A stretch of 64,000 nucleotides of DNA from Zootoca vivipara. Its lineage: Eukaryota. The translations under genes were made by a program, and so were the position numbers. The stretch lies in contig NC_083294.1 in assembly GCF_963506605.1 (NCBI RefSeq), forward strand, positions 9,610,001 to 9,674,000, written 5' to 3'. Below, one piece after another: positions 59,459 through 64,000 of the stretch (positions are counted from its first letter, which is position 1; each line of letters begins with the position of its first letter). The notes beneath the pieces are model-generated. The model was not told the DNA's origin. It saw only the letters and a list, made by a program, of their open reading frames with translations, and did no database searches.

Positions 59459-60451
59459 TGGAGCCTTACACTGTCTACTCAGAAGTCCCACTATATTAAA
59501 TGGAGCTTACTCCTTGGTGACTCGGTAAAGACTGGGCAGCCTTACACTGCAATCCAAAGCATTTCTATGTGGGTGGCGCTGTGGTCTAAAGGGTATTCAG
59601 AAGGAATCGTGGAAGGGGGGGTTGTTTAATTCAATGTTTTGCTTTATTTGTGTGATCATGAAAAAATATAAATAAAACTTTAAAAATAAAATAAAATTTT
59701 GTTTCATTCCATTTATCTGTGGAAGGTGATATAATTGCCTCAAGGGGACCAATGTAGGTAGGTGTGTATATGACATCTATGTATGTAGTGAGATCAAATG
59801 TGGGAAAAGCCATCTGATGTATAATTAGATGTTCCTATTTTCATTGGAGAAATGTTGGAGTGTGGGCACTCGGATCTCTTAAGTGTTTATACTCTCTCTC
59901 ACAGGCCAGACCGGCAAAACTTGTTATGGGTTTCAACCATGTGGGCAAAGATGTGAATCAACAGGGCCCTTCAGCTACTCTTACCTGTTTTGGATGCTAT
60001 TGCTTAAAGACAGCAATATTAAGCAACAACTAAAAGCAGCAGAGAACTCACTGGCAATGACTCACATGGATCTGGGGCGCGAATTTCCATGCTTCATTTC
60101 CCCTCTGCAAGCTTTCCACACAAATGCACACTCCCAAACCTCTGGTGCAGACACTAGGCTTGGATTATTGCATAGATTATTGCATCCTTGGCAGATAACC
60201 CTGCCTATGCAGGAATATGTCAAATGAAAAGAGATATTCACTCTCTCTCAATATACGTGTATCACCTTACCAGATCCACTCCACTTTGCAATGCAACTGC
60301 AGAAATACACGGAAGCAATGTAGCAAGTGGCAACAGTTTGGATTGACCAATTTCTCCTTCCTGTAGAGGCACTAGGAATGCCTGGAAAAGAAGAGCCCTG
60401 CTGGATCAGACCGATGACCCATCTGGTCCTGCATCCTGTTCTCATAGCGGC

Positions 60452-61189
60452 CAGAGATTCCCCCCCCCCTAAAAAAAAAAGTTTAGGGGTACTCTCATTT
60501 CCCTACTCACAGGGGCGTCTTACCCATAGAGGCTAGTGGCGCCACAGCACCAAGTTCTGGAGGGCGCCAGGGAAGAGGCGGAGGCTGGACGCAGCACCTC
60601 CCGGCATCAGCTCGCCGCCCTCACCCACCTCAGCCATGCCACACCAAAGCAGCACTGCATCCGGAGCCTCCGTCTTCCATGGCCACCACGGCATGAAGCA
60701 GCCAGCTGAGCTGGGAGACACTGCGTCCAGCCTCCACCTCTTCCCCACTGGAGGAGCTGCCCTCCAGCCACTGACCGCCTTCTCTAGTCCTGCTGGCAGT
60801 GCCATCCTCCCTAAAAAAGGTCGACAACTCTGGGAAACGGGGGGGGGGCAGGAGGAAGCTTTGCACAACAGCCCTGCCTACTCATATTGAAATACTGCCC
60901 CCAATGAGGCCAAACAAATTCACAAAATAAAATAAAAAAAATTCCTTCCAGTAGCACCTTAGAGACCAACTAAGTTTGTCATTGGTATGAGTTTTCGTGT
61001 GCATGCACACTTCTGTTTCTGTATCTGTTTCAGTGTATCTGAAGAAGTGGTCTCTAAGGTGCTACTGGAAGGATTTTTTCAAATTTTGTTTCGACTACGT
61101 CAGACCAACACGGCTACCTACCTGTAACTAGATTCACAAAATGTTTAGGGGTATGCGCACCTTTGCGATCCCCCAGAAAAAAAACATTG
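60452..61189. mobile_element. hAT MITE containing a second hAT MITE (60510-60876, TSD CCTACTCA) and a Penelope fragment
   Basis: 8-bp TSD ATAG(C/T)GGC at 60444-60451 / 61190-61197. Confidence 0.7.
60929..61131. mobile_element. Penelope-like element remnant with inverted terminal repeats
   Basis: TCCTTCCAGTAGCACCTTAGAGACCA inverted against TGGTCTCTAAGGTGCTACTGGAAGGA; 11-bp flanking repeat ATTCACAAAAT; same family as 18773-19071. Confidence 0.85.
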
Positions 61190-61239
61190 ATAGTGGCCAT
61201 CCAGATGCCCAAATGGGAAGCCTGAAAGTACGACTGACC

Positions 61240-63437
61240 GGACTTCCACCCGATCGCGAGGCAATGGCAGGCGCTGTTCTCCTCAGCTGAGGAGGACGGG
61301 TGCCTTCGAGGCAAGGGGGGAGTGCTACAGCACAGCAACCCCCCAAAAAACCCATAATCGAGCGTTTAGGGGGCATGGAACCGGCCAACGCCAGGAGCGT
61401 GACCCCTCTCCATCAGTTGCGGAGCAAAGCTATCTCGGAGGCACGAAGCTGCAACCTTGCCAGCAACAGCGATTGGCTCTTTCTAAATTTGGAACTAAAA
61501 AGGACTGTACCGTGAGTACTGAAAAAAACAACACTGAACAGGTAAATTAATAAAAATTGGGCCACGGGAAGGGGTGGAAAATAGGAAGTCAGCCCCTGAC
61601 CACTGTGGGACAGAAAAGGCAATAATATTGTCCTGAGCCCAAAGTTGCATTTGAATTTAAGAAGCTAAGAACTGCCTAAAAGGGAAAAATTAGCCATAAC
61701 TTACTTTGGAAGAGAGCCCTCTAAGCGGCTGGCGAAAGGCTATTGTGATTCATTCTAAAGCAAAGTACTTTCGATTTTGAATTCCTGAATTGCCACGAGC
61801 TCTACTGAATATAAGGACTGGATTTATAAGAGAATTGGATTGGATCTTGAAGAAAATAAAGAAAATGGAGTAATACTTTTGACTTTTGATTTCGGATGAG
61901 TTATGGCTACCATTTCCTGTTCTGCAAACACTGACTGTCCTTGGAGAAGGAAACCAGATAGCCAAAACCTGTTTGACTTTATATAGTTTGTGCTGGCACA
62001 GCTATTGGAAATTAAAAATGACTTGGTACAGTGCAATCTGGAGATTAGAAAAATCAAAGATTGCGATGATCAGAAAGAACTGAACAGCAGGAGTGAGAGT
62101 CCAACTGTCCAGTCAAAATTGGAGGAGAAAATTCAACAAGAAGGACTGGGGAAGGGTGAGAGCACCCCAGTCCATATAGAAGAAATTGAGTGGTACAGAA
62201 GGAGTGAGAGTCCATCTGTGCACGAAAAACTAGCTGAGAAAACCCAGTATGAACTGAAAAATATCTCCTCTCGACAGATGAAGACATCGGACCAAGGAGT
62301 CGAGATGACAAAAGAAAACAGAAAAGGGGTGCTTAGAATTACAGGATTGAATAAAGATGCAGGGCAGCAGGGGAAGGTTAAAGGAATGAGGGTAGAAAGA
62401 AAGGTGAGGAAGGGGGTGGGATAAAGGTAGTTTATAATTGGCTATGTAATAGGGTAACCCGGATCAAAATAGGACTGTTTATATCAGGGGTCCCCAGACT
62501 ACGGCCCCCGGGCCGGATGCGGCCCAATTGGCCTCCCAATCCGGCCCGCGACGACCCCCGCCACCCGCTGCCGCCGCCCGCTCTTACAGCGCGCGGTGCG
62601 GCGGCGATCTTCAAAAAATTTTTCGATGCACTTCCGGGGCGGGGGAGGCCCATACGCATGCGCACAAGCGATTTTCAGCAATTTTTCCCCCGACCGTGTG
62701 CGTGTGCGCATGCGCACGGGCGCGCCCTCCCCCGCCCTCCGGCCCGCTGCGCGCACACTCCCCTGCCCTCTGGCCCGTCGCGCGGTCGGCACGGCGGGCA
62801 CCGGCCCGAAGCCCGGTAAGTCTGGGGACCCCTGGTTTATATAGACTTGCCGACCGTAAAAGGGGACGTGATTAGAAGGGTTAACAATAGAGATATGGTT
62901 TTGACTGAGATGGGGAGTTCTTAGAAGAGGGGCGTGGGTGTAAGGAAGAGAATTTTTAGTTTAGTATAGTATAAAAGTAGATAAAGAATTTTATAATATG
63001 AATTAAATGAAGAAGTATGTTTAAGGCAGAAATATAATATGTAAGGAAAGAGGAGTATGATGTTGTCATAGATGATAAATATGTAATCTATAATGAAAAG
63101 GATAATTATAGAATTTTGGTGTAAAATTTAAAAGGTATAAACATGTTTAAGATAGAAAGAAACAATGTTAAGATGATGATTATGAAATTGCCAAAGAGAG
63201 TATAAGATGAACCACAGTAAGGGGGGCTGAGGAGGTCAACCTACAATGTCAGAAAAGATGAATGGTTTTTGAACTATATATGTATGTTTTTGTTTTTATT
63301 ATGTTTAGATATGTTAATGTTTTTATTTGTGTTTCTTGTTTTTTATTTTAGGTAATGCCGGGGTTGGTGTGTGGGTGATGTATGTTTTGTTGTTATATGT
63401 CAAAAAATCAATAAAAATTATTTTTTTAAAAAAAAAA
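61240..63437 (+). mobile_element. Non-autonomous L1-derived (HAL1-like, ORF1-only) retroelement
   Basis: GGACTTCC 5' end, CpG-rich 5' UTR, coiled-coil-like ORF 61903-62424 with one TAG, AATAAA plus poly(A), ~17-bp TSD TGAAAGTA(C/T)GACTG(A/C)CC at 61223-61239 / 63438-63454; no RT motifs. Confidence 0.7.
62485..62834. mobile_element. Young CpG-rich hAT (Charlie-type) MITE
   Basis: Perfect 16-bp TIR CAGGGGTCCCCAGACT; perfect 8-bp TSD GTTTATAT. Confidence 0.92.
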
Positions 63438-63748
63438 TGAAAGTATGACTGCCCTGCATGTCTACAGTGAGTGTTAGTTCACACAGAAGCATTTGCTCTT
63501 TTAAAACAAACAGACATAACCTGAGGAATAACCTAAGGCACACCAGACCCAGGTGCTCTTGGGAGAAGCAGATTCAGGGTTCAGGCCTGGTTTTGGCACA
63601 GAAACTGCTTTGGTCGTCTTGCATGATGACATTTGTCAGGAAAGAATCAGAGGAAGTATGTGCTTGGGTGGCAACATGAGAATAGGTCTTTTCTGCAGTG
63701 ACTCCCCAGCTTGGTGCCTTTGGATGATTAATATTCTACAGCCTTTTA

Positions 63749-63749
<1 letters not shown>

Positions 63750-63787
<38 letters not shown>

Positions 63788-64000
63788 TTGTACCCCATCA
63801 ATCTGTCTGGGTTTCCCCAGCTGGGCAGCTTCCAACAAATATTAAAATACATTAAAATGTCACACATTAAAAACTTCCCTAAACAGGGCTGCCTTCAGAT
63901 GTTTTCTAAATGTCAGGTAGTTGTTTATCTCTTTGACATCTGATGGGAGCGCATTCCACAGGGCAGGCGCCACTACTGAGAAGGCCCTCTGCCTGGTTCC
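63750..64000 (-). mobile_element. L2-family 3' end with (TAA)n tail
   Basis: (TAA)n at 63750-63787 then gtttccccag..gggctgccttcagatg; the same end occurs on the plus strand at 50600-50760. Confidence 0.7.

Noticed and set aside
62432-62875. GC-rich ORFs / CpG-island promoter
   Set aside because: Explained by a hAT MITE with TIRs and an 8-bp TSD; the same applies to GC-rich patches at 51370, 56485 and 60510.

Overview
Vertebrate genomic DNA, almost certainly from a lacertid lizard (Sauria/Squam1 SINEs of the Podarcis type and a Squam3 SINE). Three intact protein-coding genes: SLC2A8/GLUT8 (minus strand, 10 coding exons, 15306-5725, ~500 aa), FBXW2 (plus strand, 6 coding exons, 23195-40244, 454 aa), and a GT92/DUF23 beta-1,4-galactosyltransferase-like gene (minus strand, single coding exon, 47428-46106, ~440 aa). 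SLC2A8 and FBXW2 are head-to-head across a CpG-island bidirectional promoter (~18.5-19.75 kb). A Penelope-like retroelement fragment has inserted into that promoter and carries a GIY-YIG remnant and a minimal hammerhead ribozyme motif. The window also holds an ALKBH1 processed pseudogene (~48526-49461), the probable 3' UTR of an unidentified plus-strand gene (to ~3350), a 2.3-kb non-autonomous Helitron, an ORF1-only (HAL1-like) L1 derivative, many hAT and Tc1/mariner MITEs with readable TSDs, L1/L2/CR1/other LINE fragments in nested clusters, and a 142-nt assembly gap. All assignments come from reading the sequence and recalled family knowledge; no searches were run.
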